Source: Actinomycetota bacterium (GTDB lineage: Bacteria; Actinomycetota; Actinomycetes; S36-B12). From it: DNA of 61,832 bases. The translations under genes and the position numbers were made by a program. The notes beneath the pieces were generated by a model. The model saw only the letters and a program-made list of their open reading frames with translations, made no database searches and was not told where the DNA came from. Shown here piece by piece: positions 35,251 through 44,816 of this stretch; the stretch's first letter is position 1, and each line of letters opens with the position of its first letter. The DNA is taken from positions 1-61,832 of the forward strand of contig WLOY01000004.1 in the NCBI GenBank assembly GCA_009699015.1. Direction: 5' to 3'.

Positions 35251-35940
35251 CTAGGGGGCCTGCGCGGAGGTCTTGGCCTGGGCCAGCAGGTCCTCCACGT
35301 TCTTCACCAGGTCGGGGAGCTTGGACTGCAGGATGAACGTCGTGGTGGTGAGGGTGGCGACCCGATCGGCGCCCGCATCACCGCCCGACTGGTTGGCGAC
35401 GGTGAGTCCGGTGAGGAGGAAGTCGCGGTTCAGCCCTTCGATGTTCTTCACGAAATCCTGAACCTGCTCCAGGGAGCCGGTCACCGAGACCGTCACGTCG
35501 AGCTTCGCGACCCTGATGTTCGCGCGCTGGGCAGACTCCTGGGCGTCGGCGACCGCCCCGGTGGCCGACACGGTGGGGTCGTCAAGGGGAACGGGAACCG
35601 CCTGGGTGATGGCTGAGATCTTCTCGGCGGGGATGCCGGCATCCTGCGCCGCCTCGGTTATCTGAGTGAAGAGTTCGGGCAGCTGGGCTTCCTGTGGCAT
35701 GCGCGAGAGGAGCTTTTGGACCCGCTCGGCGGCGGTCGGCGCGTCCTTCGCCATCTTCGTGAGGTCGCTCAGCTGCCGCTGCTGGGAGACATTCATGAGC
35801 TCGACCGACTCGGCCTGGGCCTGGAGGTCGGTCGATTGGGCGAGGCGAGGGGACAGGAGGATCAACCAGGCGATTGCCGAGGCGAAGATGACGGCCCCCA
35901 AGCCGAGGAGGATCGAGTTGCGGCGTCGATTCGAGGTCAT
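35251..35940 (-). CDS. pilO: PilO-like type IV pilus alignment protein
   Basis: N-terminal TM ILLGLGAVIFASAIAWLILL, then a coiled coil, then a ...VTVSVTGSLEQVQDFVKNIEGLNR ferredoxin-like end. Lies downstream of pilM and pilN. Confidence 0.7.
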   Translation of the reverse strand: MTSNRRRNSILLGLGAVIFASAIAWLILLSPRLAQSTDLQAQAESVELMNVSQQRQLSDLTKMAKDAPTAAERVQKLLSRMPQEAQLPELFTQITEAAQDAGIPAEKISAITQAVPVPLDDPTVSATGAVADAQESAQRANIRVAKLDVTVSVTGSLEQVQDFVKNIEGLNRDFLLTGLTVANQSGGDAGADRVATLTTTTFILQSKLPDLVKNVEDLLAQAKTSAQAP

Positions 35941-35944
35941 GCCG

Positions 35945-36817
35945 TCATCCCCCCGCTTCCGGGCTGGCGGCGGCCCCGGACGGGGCGGGGGCGGGCTGGG
36001 CGGCCTGGAGGATCGCCACGAGCTGCTCTTGGGTGAGGGGGGTCTTCAGTGCTTCCACGGATATGCCGCTGGAGCCGGTGAAGGACAGCTGGGCTGCGCC
36101 GCCGACGGTCTTCGTGACGGTCGTGGAGGTGACGTAGGTGCCGATGAACGTGGGATTCTCGGCCATGCGGTTGAGGAACTCCGAGACATCGGCGCGGGTC
36201 GCGCCCTGCGCAGTGAAGGCGACGCAGCCGATCGTGATGTCGGTGCCGAACGGGTCGGCGTCAGGGCACAGGTTCAGCGAGCCAATGGGGTCGCTCGCGG
36301 TGGCCGGATCCGGCACGCCCGTGAAGGTCATCGAGAGATTCGAGTAGGTGATGGACGGGCCTGCAACATCCTGCAATTCGGTGAGCACGGATGAGACGAC
36401 GGCCTCGGAGGCCAGGGCCTCCTGGATGAAGGTCTCCTGGTTCGTGATCTGCTGGTAGAGCTGGCCGACCGGCGCTAGGGCCTTCACCTGATTGAGGATC
36501 GCCACATTCTCGCGCTGGGCGGTGGTGAGCCGGCCCTCGGCTTCGAGGATGGTGCCGTTCTGCATGAGCCAGAAGCCGACAACGACTGCTAGGAGGCCAA
36601 GGAGGCCGAGCGTGAAGCCGCGCCGGATCTTGCGTACCGCGATCGATTCCCGCACCGAGGCGGGGAGCAGGTTGACCCGGGGAAGTCGTGGTTCGAAGGG
36701 CGGGTGCTCGACCTCGGCTGCGGCGTTCTTGGCCGACTTGGACGACTCGAACTTCCAGAAGCGCTTGGGCGGGGGCGTGGCGCGCCCTCGGCCGGTGGCT
36801 GATGGACTCGTGGCCAT
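35945..36817 (-). CDS. pilN: PilN-like protein with an extended C-terminal region
   Basis: PRVNLLPASVRE motif followed by TM FTLGLLGLLAVVVGFWLM. The start lies 1 nt after the pilM stop. Confidence 0.75.
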   Translation of the reverse strand: MATSPSATGRGRATPPPKRFWKFESSKSAKNAAAEVEHPPFEPRLPRVNLLPASVRESIAVRKIRRGFTLGLLGLLAVVVGFWLMQNGTILEAEGRLTTAQRENVAILNQVKALAPVGQLYQQITNQETFIQEALASEAVVSSVLTELQDVAGPSITYSNLSMTFTGVPDPATASDPIGSLNLCPDADPFGTDITIGCVAFTAQGATRADVSEFLNRMAENPTFIGTYVTSTTVTKTVGGAAQLSFTGSSGISVEALKTPLTQEQLVAILQAAQPAPAPSGAAASPEAGG

Positions 36818-36818
36818 G

Positions 36819-37940
36819 TCAGGCCCCCATCGCCAGGCCGGTGGCGACGCTCAATGCTCGGGTGTCGAGGTCGCGCAGGCGGTGCGCAACGCCGACGCGG
36901 GCGAAGGGGTCGAGGAGGTCGACCGGCACCCTGAGTTCGGTCGTGACCCGCTCGGCAAGACCTGGTAGGCGCGCTGTCCGCCCCGAGAGGGACAGTCGTG
37001 CGATGGGATCGCGCTGCCCGGACGAGGCGAAGTAGTCCAGTGAGTCCCGGATCGCCCCGACGAGTGTCGTTGCCCATGGGTTGATGAGGGCCATCGCACG
37101 CTTCGTCCTCGGATCGACGGTGACCTCCTGGGTGGAGGCGAGGAGGCCGAACACGCTGGACTCAGGGACCGAGGTGACGACGGGCGGGGGGCCATTGAGC
37201 CCGGTGCTCCAGACGAGGTCGGTCGCCTCGTCAACGGTGAGATCCATGGCATTCGCGACGGTCATGATGACGATGTCACCGCCCTGGTTCGGCATGGCGC
37301 GGATGAAGCGAGGCAGGCCGCCTTGGTGGATGACGACCGTGAGTGCGTCAGCTCCGATGTCGACGACGGCCTCGAGGGGATGCCTCTGGCTGAGGACTCC
37401 GCCGCAGGCCGCGCGGATGAGAGCGAATGCGGAAGTGTCGGCGACGATCGGCTCGAGCCGTGCGCGCAGGAGAACGTCGGCGACGCCGGCGAGGACCTCC
37501 TTGTTCCCGGCCACGAGGAGGAACTGGAGCATGTCGTTGACCTGGCCATGCTGGTCGGTGACCTGGTACTCCGCGATTGGCTCGAAGTCGACCTCGACCG
37601 TCGCGAGATCGACGGGCAGGGCGTCGCCGACTTGGTATTTCAGCGCGGTCCGGAAGTCGTCGGCGGGCATCCAGGGCAGTTCGAGCTGACGGGTGATGAC
37701 ACTCGTGTCGGTGACGGCGAAAGCGACCTTGCGGGTGGAGAACCTGCCCTTGCGCCACAGGCTGCGAAGCGCCTTCACGACCGCATCGGCATCGAGGATC
37801 GCACCGTTGAGCAGGCAGCCGTCAGGAAGGTCGATCTCAGCGGCCCGCTTGATCTCGTATCGCCCGCCCTTCGAGCGCGCCTCGACCGCCCGAATCCCGG
37901 ACGTGCCGAGATCGAGGCCGACGAAACGGGGTGCTGGCAA
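36819..37940 (-). CDS. pilM: PilM (actin-like ATPase-fold pilus assembly protein)
   Basis: FVGLDLGTSGIRAVE phosphate-1 motif. I prefer the TTG at 37940, which lies 7 nt after SD AAGGAG (37953-37948). The ORF track start at 38015 is less likely. Confidence 0.8.
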   Translation of the reverse strand: MPAPRFVGLDLGTSGIRAVEARSKGGRYEIKRAAEIDLPDGCLLNGAILDADAVVKALRSLWRKGRFSTRKVAFAVTDTSVITRQLELPWMPADDFRTALKYQVGDALPVDLATVEVDFEPIAEYQVTDQHGQVNDMLQFLLVAGNKEVLAGVADVLLRARLEPIVADTSAFALIRAACGGVLSQRHPLEAVVDIGADALTVVIHQGGLPRFIRAMPNQGGDIVIMTVANAMDLTVDEATDLVWSTGLNGPPPVVTSVPESSVFGLLASTQEVTVDPRTKRAMALINPWATTLVGAIRDSLDYFASSGQRDPIARLSLSGRTARLPGLAERVTTELRVPVDLLDPFARVGVAHRLRDLDTRALSVATGLAMGA

Positions 37941-38055
37941 GACGAGACTCCTTTGGCCATTGGAGCGAGGGACCGCTCTCGGTGACGACGGACACTGCCG
38001 AACACCTCCTATCATTCCCCATGCGGTGGGCGGTCACGCCCGCTTGGCCGTGTTG

Positions 38056-38064
38056 GTCCGAAAC
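38056..38064 (+). promoter_or_regulatory. GTCCGAAAC motif, copy 2 (pilM / pilT-like divergent region)
   Basis: GGTCCGAAACTC lies 7 nt before ATG 38072 and 64 nt before the alternative GTG at 38129. Confidence 0.4.
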
Positions 38065-38071
38065 TCTGGGC

Positions 38072-39238
38072 ATGACGCTGCCACTGCGACCGAGCGACCC
38101 CGTTGGGTCCTCGGCGCCGCTGGGTGCCGTGACGCTTCGGGTGCTCCTCGAGGCTGCAGTCGCGAGCGGAGCCTCTGATCTTCACCTGCGCGCCGGAAGC
38201 CCGCCTCTCGTTCGCGTCGATGGCCAGTTGCTGCCGCTCGCGCTCCCGAGCCTGACGGCGCCCGAGGCGGAGGCCCTCGTCGACTCTGCGCTCCCGCGCG
38301 AGCGCGACCGAGTGGCGTACGCAACCGATCAGGAGTGCGATTTCGCGCTCGACATGCCGGGAGTCGGCCGGTTCCGCGGGAATGCCTACCGGGCTCGAGG
38401 CGCCGCCGCCGCGGTGCTGCGGCACGTTCGAGAGGTCGTTCCGTCCATTGATGAGCTCGGGCTTCCCGGGGTGGTGCGCGACCTAGCGGCGCTCGAAACC
38501 GGACTCGTGGTGGTTGCCGGGCCGACCGGCTGCGGCAAGAGCACGACCCTTGCATCGATGGTCGATGCCATCAATGCTGAGCGCCGCTGCCACATCCTCA
38601 CGATCGAGGATCCCATTGAGTACCTGCACGCCGAGCGGATGGCGACGCTGAGCCAGCGCGAGGTGCACACCGACACCGGCAGCTTCGCGACCGCACTTCG
38701 GGCCGGGCTTCGGCAGGACCCTGATGTCATTCTCGTGGGGGAGATCCGCGACCTCGAGACCCTGCGAACAGCGTTGCAGGCGGCCGAGACGGGCCACCTC
38801 GTCCTCGCGAGCCTGCATGCCAGGACCGCACCTGATGCCGTGAACCGAATGATCGACATGTTCCCGGTCGATGAGCAGCGCCAGGCCCGCACCACGATTG
38901 CCGAATCGTTGCAGGGGGTCGTGAGCCAGCGGCTCGTCCAGACGGCTGACGCAGCTGGGCGGGTGGTCGTGCTCGAGGTCCTCGTGACGACCGCGCGGGT
39001 CCGCGACATCATCAGGGACCCGGAGGCCGAGGTGCCGCTCATCGACATCATCGCGGAGGGTCAGTACTACGGCATGCGCACCTTCCAGCAGGATCTCGTG
39101 CGACTGGTCATGGCGGGCCGGGTGGAGAAGGATGCTGCTGAGGCGATCGTCGCGCAGCCCGCCGACTTCAATGTCGCCCTCAAGCGTGCCGGCTACATCA
39201 GGTCCGGCGTAGCGAAGTTGGAAGGGGTGGGGCGATGA
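38072..39238 (+). CDS. PilT/PilU-family retraction-type ATPase
   Basis: ASDLHLRAGSPP, Walker A GPTGCGKSTT, DPDVILVGEIRD and TGHLVLASLH. Start is ATG 38072 or GTG 38129 (MTLRVLLEAAV..., a more canonical N-terminus). The ORF track start at 37931 overlaps pilM. Confidence 0.85.
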   Translation: MTLPLRPSDPVGSSAPLGAVTLRVLLEAAVASGASDLHLRAGSPPLVRVDGQLLPLALPSLTAPEAEALVDSALPRERDRVAYATDQECDFALDMPGVGRFRGNAYRARGAAAAVLRHVREVVPSIDELGLPGVVRDLAALETGLVVVAGPTGCGKSTTLASMVDAINAERRCHILTIEDPIEYLHAERMATLSQREVHTDTGSFATALRAGLRQDPDVILVGEIRDLETLRTALQAAETGHLVLASLHARTAPDAVNRMIDMFPVDEQRQARTTIAESLQGVVSQRLVQTADAAGRVVVLEVLVTTARVRDIIRDPEAEVPLIDIIAEGQYYGMRTFQQDLVRLVMAGRVEKDAAEAIVAQPADFNVALKRAGYIRSGVAKLEGVGR

Positions 39239-40914
39239 GCGCACCGAGCCTGCAGGCTGCCGACCTCCTCGTGCAAAACGGGCTCATCACGGCGGAGCAG
39301 CTCGTATCCGCCCACGAGAGCGCGAATGCGCTCGACGAACGGGTGCTCACGGTGCTCGTGCGGCAGGGGGTCGTCTCGAAGAAGGACGTCGTCCGCTGCA
39401 CGGTCGAGGCGGCGGGCCTTGAGTTCGTCGAGATCATGGACTGCCCTATCGATCCGAAGGCGATCGCACTCCTCACCGGCGAGCAGGCCCGCAAGTACCA
39501 GGTCATTCCCGTGTCCATCGAGTCCGGCTCGGTCGTCATTGCCGCGGACTCCCAGACTGCGATGGACTGGCAGGTTCGTGACGACCTGCAGGCCATCACG
39601 CGACTGCCGGTGCGGTTCTCCGTCGGGATGAAGGGCGAGATCCAGACCCGGCTGAACCTCGTGTACCGGGCGGAGGCCGAACTCGGCGAGCTCGTGAAGG
39701 ACCTCATGCAGGACGAGGCCGGCCTCGACCTGTCGATGCCGGTCGTGTCGACCCGGGATGCCCCGCTCGTTCGCTACGTCAACCTCCTCCTCAGCCAGGC
39801 GATCGCCGACCAGGCCTCCGATATCCACGTTGAGCCGGGTGAGGACAACATCCGGATCCGCTACCGGATCGACGGGGTGCTCAAGGAGAAGGCGCCGGCT
39901 CCCAAGGAGATTCAGGCGGCGGTTATCTCGCGGCTGAAGATCATGGCCGATATGGACATTGCGGAGAAGCGCCGGCCGCAGGACGGACGCCTGTCGGTGG
40001 TGTCCGCCGGCCGCAAGATCGATCTGCGGGTGAACTGCCTGCCGACCGTCTGGGGCGAGAAGATCGTCATGCGAATCCTCGACAATTCGTCGGTCCTGAT
40101 GAGCCTGCCGCAACTCGGGTTCTCGCCGGACAACCTCGACCGCTGGCGCACCGCATACGAACGTCCGTACGGCATGTCGATCATCAGCGGGCCGACCGGC
40201 TCGGGCAAGTCGACCTCGCTCTACGCGACCCTCAATGCCGTCATCAGGCCCGAGGTGAACATCGTCACGGTGGAGGACCCCGTCGAGTACCGCATCCCCG
40301 GGATCAACCAGGTGCAGACGAACGCCAAGGCCGGCCTGACCTTTGCGTCGTCGCTGCGAGCGATCCTGCGGGCCGATCCCGACATCGTCCTCATCGGCGA
40401 GATCCGCGACCACGAGACTGCTCAGATCGCGGTCGAGGCCTCGCTCACTGGGCACCTCGTCCTCACGACCCTTCATACGAATGATGCTCCGAGCGTCATC
40501 ACCAGGCTCACCGAAATGGGGATCGAGCCCTTCCTCATCGGTTCGGCACTCCAGTGCGCGACGGGCCAGCGGCTCGCTCGACGCCTGTGCGACAAGTGCA
40601 AGCGGCCGACCGATCGATCGGCAGAAGCCCTTGAGGCGGTGCACTTCGATCCGCCCGAGGGCATGGCCGTCACGATCTTCGAGCCGGTGGGCTGCTCCGG
40701 TTGCGCGAACACCGGGTACCGGGGACGCCTCGCCATCCACGAGGTCATGCCCATGACGGAGGAAATCGAGCGACTCGCCACCTCGCGGGCCTCGTCCGAC
40801 GAGATCCGACGAACCGCCATCGAGCAAGGGATGCGGACGCTGCGTCAGGATGGGTGGATGAATGTCGCACGCGGCTCGACCACGATCACCGAAGTGCTGA
40901 GGGTGACGGCATGA
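39235..40914 (+). CDS. pilB: PilB/GspE-family pilus extension ATPase
   Basis: N-terminal GSPII_E-like domain (LITAEQLVSAHE), Walker A GPTGSGKST, DPDIVLIGEIRD, TGHLVLTTLHTN and a tetracysteine CDKC..CSGC. ATGA overlap with the previous gene. Confidence 0.9.
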   Translation: MSAPSLQAADLLVQNGLITAEQLVSAHESANALDERVLTVLVRQGVVSKKDVVRCTVEAAGLEFVEIMDCPIDPKAIALLTGEQARKYQVIPVSIESGSVVIAADSQTAMDWQVRDDLQAITRLPVRFSVGMKGEIQTRLNLVYRAEAELGELVKDLMQDEAGLDLSMPVVSTRDAPLVRYVNLLLSQAIADQASDIHVEPGEDNIRIRYRIDGVLKEKAPAPKEIQAAVISRLKIMADMDIAEKRRPQDGRLSVVSAGRKIDLRVNCLPTVWGEKIVMRILDNSSVLMSLPQLGFSPDNLDRWRTAYERPYGMSIISGPTGSGKSTSLYATLNAVIRPEVNIVTVEDPVEYRIPGINQVQTNAKAGLTFASSLRAILRADPDIVLIGEIRDHETAQIAVEASLTGHLVLTTLHTNDAPSVITRLTEMGIEPFLIGSALQCATGQRLARRLCDKCKRPTDRSAEALEAVHFDPPEGMAVTIFEPVGCSGCANTGYRGRLAIHEVMPMTEEIERLATSRASSDEIRRTAIEQGMRTLRQDGWMNVARGSTTITEVLRVTA

Positions 40915-42260
40915 GCGATACCCCACGGCCGATCTCCCTGCCGCTCAATGACACTCCCGGATTCCTCCCGCTCGCCCCGCCGCCGCCCCCTGTCCTGCCG
41001 ATTGCGGCTCCTGCCCCGGTGCCGGTGGCAGCTCCGGCGACCCCTGCGCCGGCCCAGCCGGCGGCCGGCCGCAGGTCGGGCGGCGTGGGCGATGCGCCGG
41101 CCCCGCCGAACGCGCCCCCCGCTGGTGGCGGCGAGGGCATCGTCCGGCTCGATCGCTCGGCGGTCTCGGGGATCGACGGCGGCATCGAGCTGGACGAACT
41201 GCTCCTGCACCTGCTCGAGGAGGGCGGATCTGACCTGCACCTGACCCTCGGCTCGCCACCGATGATCAGGGTCCATGGCGACCTCGAACCGGTGGCGGGG
41301 TTCGGGCCGCTCACCGGCACCCAGCTTCAGGACTGCCTCTACTCGATCCTCACCGACCGGCAGAAGCAGCGCTTCGAGGAGGCCAAGGAGCTCGACCTGG
41401 CCTATGAGCTTCCGGGGGCTGCGCGATTCCGCGTCAATCTCTTCCAGCAGCGGGGCACGATCGGGGGAGTGCTGCGCGCGATCCCCTGGGAGATCAAGGC
41501 GCTCGAGGCGCTCAACATGCCCCCGATCCTCGGTGAGTTCGCCGACCTCCCGCGCGGCCTCGTCCTCGTTACCGGGCCGACCGGCTCGGGCAAGTCGACG
41601 ACCCTCGCCGCGATCATCGACAAGGCGAACCGCACGCGCAAGGCCCACATCATGACGATCGAGGACCCGGTGGAGTTCGTCCACCGGCATCGCCAGAGCG
41701 TCGTGAACCAGCGCGAGGTCGGCGATGACACCCTGTCGTTCGCCAATGCCCTGAAGCATGCGCTGCGCCAGGATCCGGACATCATCCTTGTCGGCGAGAT
41801 GCGCGACCTCGAGACCATTGCGATCGCGCTGACCGCCGCCGAGACCGGCCACCTGGTGTTCGGCACCCTCCACACCTCGTCGGCGGGTTCCACGATCGAC
41901 AGGATCATCGACGTGTTCCCCCCCGGCCAGCAGTCCCAGATCCGCACCCAGGTCGCGGCGTCGATTCAGGCGGTCGTATGCCAGACCCTGTGCAAGACCT
42001 CCGACGGCAAGGGCCGTGTGGCGGCGACCGAGGTGCTCGTCGCGACGCCCGCTGTCCGAAACCTCATCCGGGAGGGCAAGCTCCAGTCGATCCCCTCCGC
42101 GCTCCAGACCGGGTCGCGGTTCGGGATGCACACCCTGAACCAGAACCTGGCCGAGCTTGTGACGTCCGGGTCGATCTCCTACGAGACGGCCCGGGAGAAG
42201 TGCTCCGACGTATCCGAGCTTCATCAACTGCTCGGAATGAGTGAACATGCCCCAGAGTGA
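40911..42260 (+). CDS. pilT: PilT twitching-motility ATPase with a ~95-aa Pro/Ala-rich N-terminal extension
   Basis: ATGA overlap with pilB. GSDLHLTLGSPP, GPTGSGKSTT, DPDIILVGEMRD, TGHLVFGTLHT and AVRNLIREGK. No alternative start lies closer to the core. Confidence 0.85.
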   Translation: MSDTPRPISLPLNDTPGFLPLAPPPPPVLPIAAPAPVPVAAPATPAPAQPAAGRRSGGVGDAPAPPNAPPAGGGEGIVRLDRSAVSGIDGGIELDELLLHLLEEGGSDLHLTLGSPPMIRVHGDLEPVAGFGPLTGTQLQDCLYSILTDRQKQRFEEAKELDLAYELPGAARFRVNLFQQRGTIGGVLRAIPWEIKALEALNMPPILGEFADLPRGLVLVTGPTGSGKSTTLAAIIDKANRTRKAHIMTIEDPVEFVHRHRQSVVNQREVGDDTLSFANALKHALRQDPDIILVGEMRDLETIAIALTAAETGHLVFGTLHTSSAGSTIDRIIDVFPPGQQSQIRTQVAASIQAVVCQTLCKTSDGKGRVAATEVLVATPAVRNLIREGKLQSIPSALQTGSRFGMHTLNQNLAELVTSGSISYETAREKCSDVSELHQLLGMSEHAPE

Positions 42261-43467
42261 GTACCTCGTCAAGGCAAGGGCCCGTTCAGGGCGCCTCGTC
42301 GAATCGAAGCTGACCGCGGTAAGCGAGGCTGACGCCCTTGCGAGGGTCCGAAGCCAGGGCATGACGCCGATCGCCGTTGACCTCGTGAGCAAGACCGGCA
42401 TGAATCGCAACATCGAGATCTTCAAGACACGGGTGAAGCCGAAGGATCTCGCGGTGTTCAGCCGACAGTTCGCGACGATGCTGGCGTCGGGGCTCCCGAT
42501 CCTGCGATGCCTGACGATCCTCGCGGAGCAGTCGCCGAACCCGACCCTCAAGGGAGTCCTCGCGGAGGTCACCGACGACGTCGAGAAGGGCGACGCTCTC
42601 TCCGTTGCCATGAGCAAGCATCAATCGTTTCCGCCGCTGATGATCAGCATGATCCGGGCGGGTGAGGTCGGCGGGTTCCTCGACACGACCATGCTCGAGA
42701 TCGCCTCATCGATGGAGGCGGATGTCCTGCTGCGGAGCAAGATCAAGTCGGCGATGACCTACCCGGTCGCGGTGGCGGTTATCGCCGTGCTCATCACCGT
42801 CGGCATGCTCATCTTCGTCGTCCCGATCTTCTCGGAGATGTTCTCGTCCTTCGGCGGTGCGCTTCCAGCGCCGACCCAGTTCCTCGTGAACCTCTCGACC
42901 CTCCTCACCAACCCCCTGTTCAGTCTTCCGGTGATCATCGTCATCGTGATCCTGACGGTTCTCTTCCGCCGAAACCGTCAGGACCCGCGGTTGCGCGCCG
43001 TGCTCGATCCGCTGAAGTTCCGGCTCCCGGTCTTCGGCAAGCTGTTCCAGAAGATCGCACTGGCCCGGTTCACCCGGAACCTGTCGACCCTCCTCACGGC
43101 CGGCGTTCCCGTGCTCACCGCCCTCGACATCGTCGGCGATACCTCCGGGAACATCGTCATCGCCCGTGCGGTGAAGGCCGTGAAGGAGAGCGTGCGCGAC
43201 GGGGCCGGCATGGCGGCGCCCCTCTCGCAGCACCCGGTGTTCCCGAACATGGTCGTCCAGATGATCTCGGTCGGCGAGGACACCGGCGCGGTGGACTCGA
43301 TGCTCCGCAAGATCGCCGAGTTCTACGACCAGGAGGTTGAGGCGACCACCGAGCAGCTCATGGCGCTCATGGAGCCGCTCATGATCGTCGTGCTCGGCAG
43401 CCTCGTCGGCGGGATGGTCATCGCCCTGTACCTGCCGATCTTCCAGATCTTCGACCTCGTCAAATAG
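42241..43467 (+). CDS. pilC: PilC/GspF-family platform protein
   Basis: Two T2SS-F repeats (FSRQFATMLASGLPI.. and FTRNLSTLLTAGVPV..) and three hydrophobic spans. The start could also be ATG 42247. Confidence 0.9.
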   Translation: MNMPQSEYLVKARARSGRLVESKLTAVSEADALARVRSQGMTPIAVDLVSKTGMNRNIEIFKTRVKPKDLAVFSRQFATMLASGLPILRCLTILAEQSPNPTLKGVLAEVTDDVEKGDALSVAMSKHQSFPPLMISMIRAGEVGGFLDTTMLEIASSMEADVLLRSKIKSAMTYPVAVAVIAVLITVGMLIFVVPIFSEMFSSFGGALPAPTQFLVNLSTLLTNPLFSLPVIIVIVILTVLFRRNRQDPRLRAVLDPLKFRLPVFGKLFQKIALARFTRNLSTLLTAGVPVLTALDIVGDTSGNIVIARAVKAVKESVRDGAGMAAPLSQHPVFPNMVVQMISVGEDTGAVDSMLRKIAEFYDQEVEATTEQLMALMEPLMIVVLGSLVGGMVIALYLPIFQIFDLVK

Positions 43468-43514
43468 GTTTCTGTTGGTCGCTTCTTGGGTTATGCCATC
43501 ACAGCGACCGTGGG

Positions 43515-44129
43515 CTAGGCCTTTGCTGGGGCCAGGACCTCAACGGTGGTGCCGAGACGCGCGAACGCGTAGACGACCTCCGATGCGTCGGTGGCCATCC
43601 TGACGCAACCGCCGGCGCCGAGCGGCAGGCCGAGCACGTTCTCGCCGTGGATGGGCCGGCCGTCATAGGTACGGGGGATGTCATGGAAGCCGATTGCGGC
43701 CCCGGTGCTCTCGCCCCGTGCGAACCGCACCATGTTCTTGAAGGTCAACTTCTGGATGGGGTTGGCGCTGGCCTCGGACTTCGAGTAGACGCGGTAGACG
43801 CCTGCGGCTGGACGGTCGGGTCGGCCGACGACCGGGAACCTCGCCACCACCTGCTCGCGGTCATCGATGAGCCAGATGGTCATGAGTGCCTTGTCGTAGA
43901 CGACCCGCTTGCCGCGCTCACGGCTGCGTGTCGGGTAGGCGGGCACATTGCGTGCCTTCGTGGTGCGGGTCGCCTCAACCGGTGCGGGAGGCTTCGCTGC
44001 GGCGGTCGGGCTGCTGCTGGCCGTGGGACTCGGGCTCGAAGCCGGCTCGCTCTCGCTGGCGAGTGCCGAGGTGGCCGGAGTGAGGAGCAGGGCGCAGGCC
44101 AGGGCCAGGCATGCCGGTACGGGTCGCAT
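43515..44129 (-). CDS. Secreted L,D-transpeptidase (YkuD-fold)
   Basis: Signal peptide MRPVPACLALACALLL. Catalytic motif FHDIP...HGENVLGLPLGAGGCVRM (H..G.S/GC.R). Confidence 0.8.
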   Translation of the reverse strand: MRPVPACLALACALLLTPATSALASESEPASSPSPTASSSPTAAAKPPAPVEATRTTKARNVPAYPTRSRERGKRVVYDKALMTIWLIDDREQVVARFPVVGRPDRPAAGVYRVYSKSEASANPIQKLTFKNMVRFARGESTGAAIGFHDIPRTYDGRPIHGENVLGLPLGAGGCVRMATDASEVVYAFARLGTTVEVLAPAKA

Positions 44130-44219
44130 GGATGCAGGCTAACTCGCCGGAGCGATTCCTGGCATTCGGGAGCGTCTTGAATTTCTCGGGCGAGATCTCC
44201 GGGACTTTTTCCGGAATCG

Positions 44220-44230
44220 GTCCGAAACAC
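44220..44230 (+). promoter_or_regulatory. GTCCGAAACAC motif, copy 3 (64 nt upstream of pilA)
   Basis: Identical 11-mer to copy 1. It is followed at 44240-44254 by the 15-bp palindrome CCCCCACaGTGGGGG. Confidence 0.45.
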
Positions 44231-44294
44231 TCGGTGCAACCCCCACAGTGGGGGTGGCCCCCCAGAGATGAGGGTGCACCTACAGGAGAACGAC

Positions 44295-44753
44295 ATGTTC
44301 GCTCGCATCCAGAAGGCCAAGGATCAGCGTGATGCGGGATTCACCCTCATCGAGCTCTTGGTCGTTGTCGCAATTATCGGCATCCTCGCCGCCATCGCCA
44401 TCCCGGTGTTCCTGAACCAGCGCAATAGCGCTCGTGACGCATCGGTGAAGTCCGACCTCAACACCACAGCGAAGGCGATCGAGACCTTCTACACGACCGA
44501 GGGCGTCTACCCGGCGACCGCGGTGGCTCTCACCTCCATGCAGACCGACCAGCCGGTCGTCCTGTCCCCGGAGAATCGCGTCGCGGTTCTCGTCACCGGA
44601 CCCACGTACCGACTGTTCGGCTGCAACTCGCAGTCCGGTGAGTGGTTCGAGTACGACTCCAACGCGGGCGGCATGCTCCAGACGCCGACCACGGCAGCAG
44701 GCACCTGCGGCGCTTCGCCGGCTCTCGTCTGGGCCACGGCAGTACCTGCCTAA
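44295..44753 (+). CDS. pilA: Major type IVa pilin
   Basis: SD AGGAGA 5 nt before ATG 44295. MFARIQKAKDQRDAGFTLIELLVVVAIIGILAAIAIPVF is a canonical prepilin. 152 aa. Confidence 0.9.
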   Translation: MFARIQKAKDQRDAGFTLIELLVVVAIIGILAAIAIPVFLNQRNSARDASVKSDLNTTAKAIETFYTTEGVYPATAVALTSMQTDQPVVLSPENRVAVLVTGPTYRLFGCNSQSGEWFEYDSNAGGMLQTPTTAAGTCGASPALVWATAVPA

Positions 44754-44772
44754 CCAACCGGTATGACCCCCG

Positions 44773-44816
44773 CTGATCGCCCGCCGGCGGCCAACATGGC
44801 CCCGGCGGGCGATCAG
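44773..44816 (+). terminator. Perfect 15-bp GC-rich stem-loop after pilA (I-shaped terminator candidate)
   Basis: CTGATCGCCCGCCGG (44773-44787) and CCGGCGGGCGATCAG (44802-44816) flank a 14-nt loop, 20 nt after the pilA stop. There is no T-tract. Confidence 0.6.

Noticed and set aside
39193-42617. Very long minus-strand ORFs (39193..40926, 577 aa; 40845..42617, 590 aa) opposite pilB and pilT.
   Set aside because: They are Arg/Gly/Asp/His-rich with no motifs. They lie fully antisense to genes that have unmistakable ATPase motifs. These are typical high-GC shadow ORFs.
44160-44174. Sigma-54-like TGGCAT-N5-AGCG upstream of pilA, as in proteobacterial pilin promoters.
   Set aside because: It does not match the TGGCAC-N5-TTGC core. 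Actinobacteria generally lack rpoN, and none is seen here.
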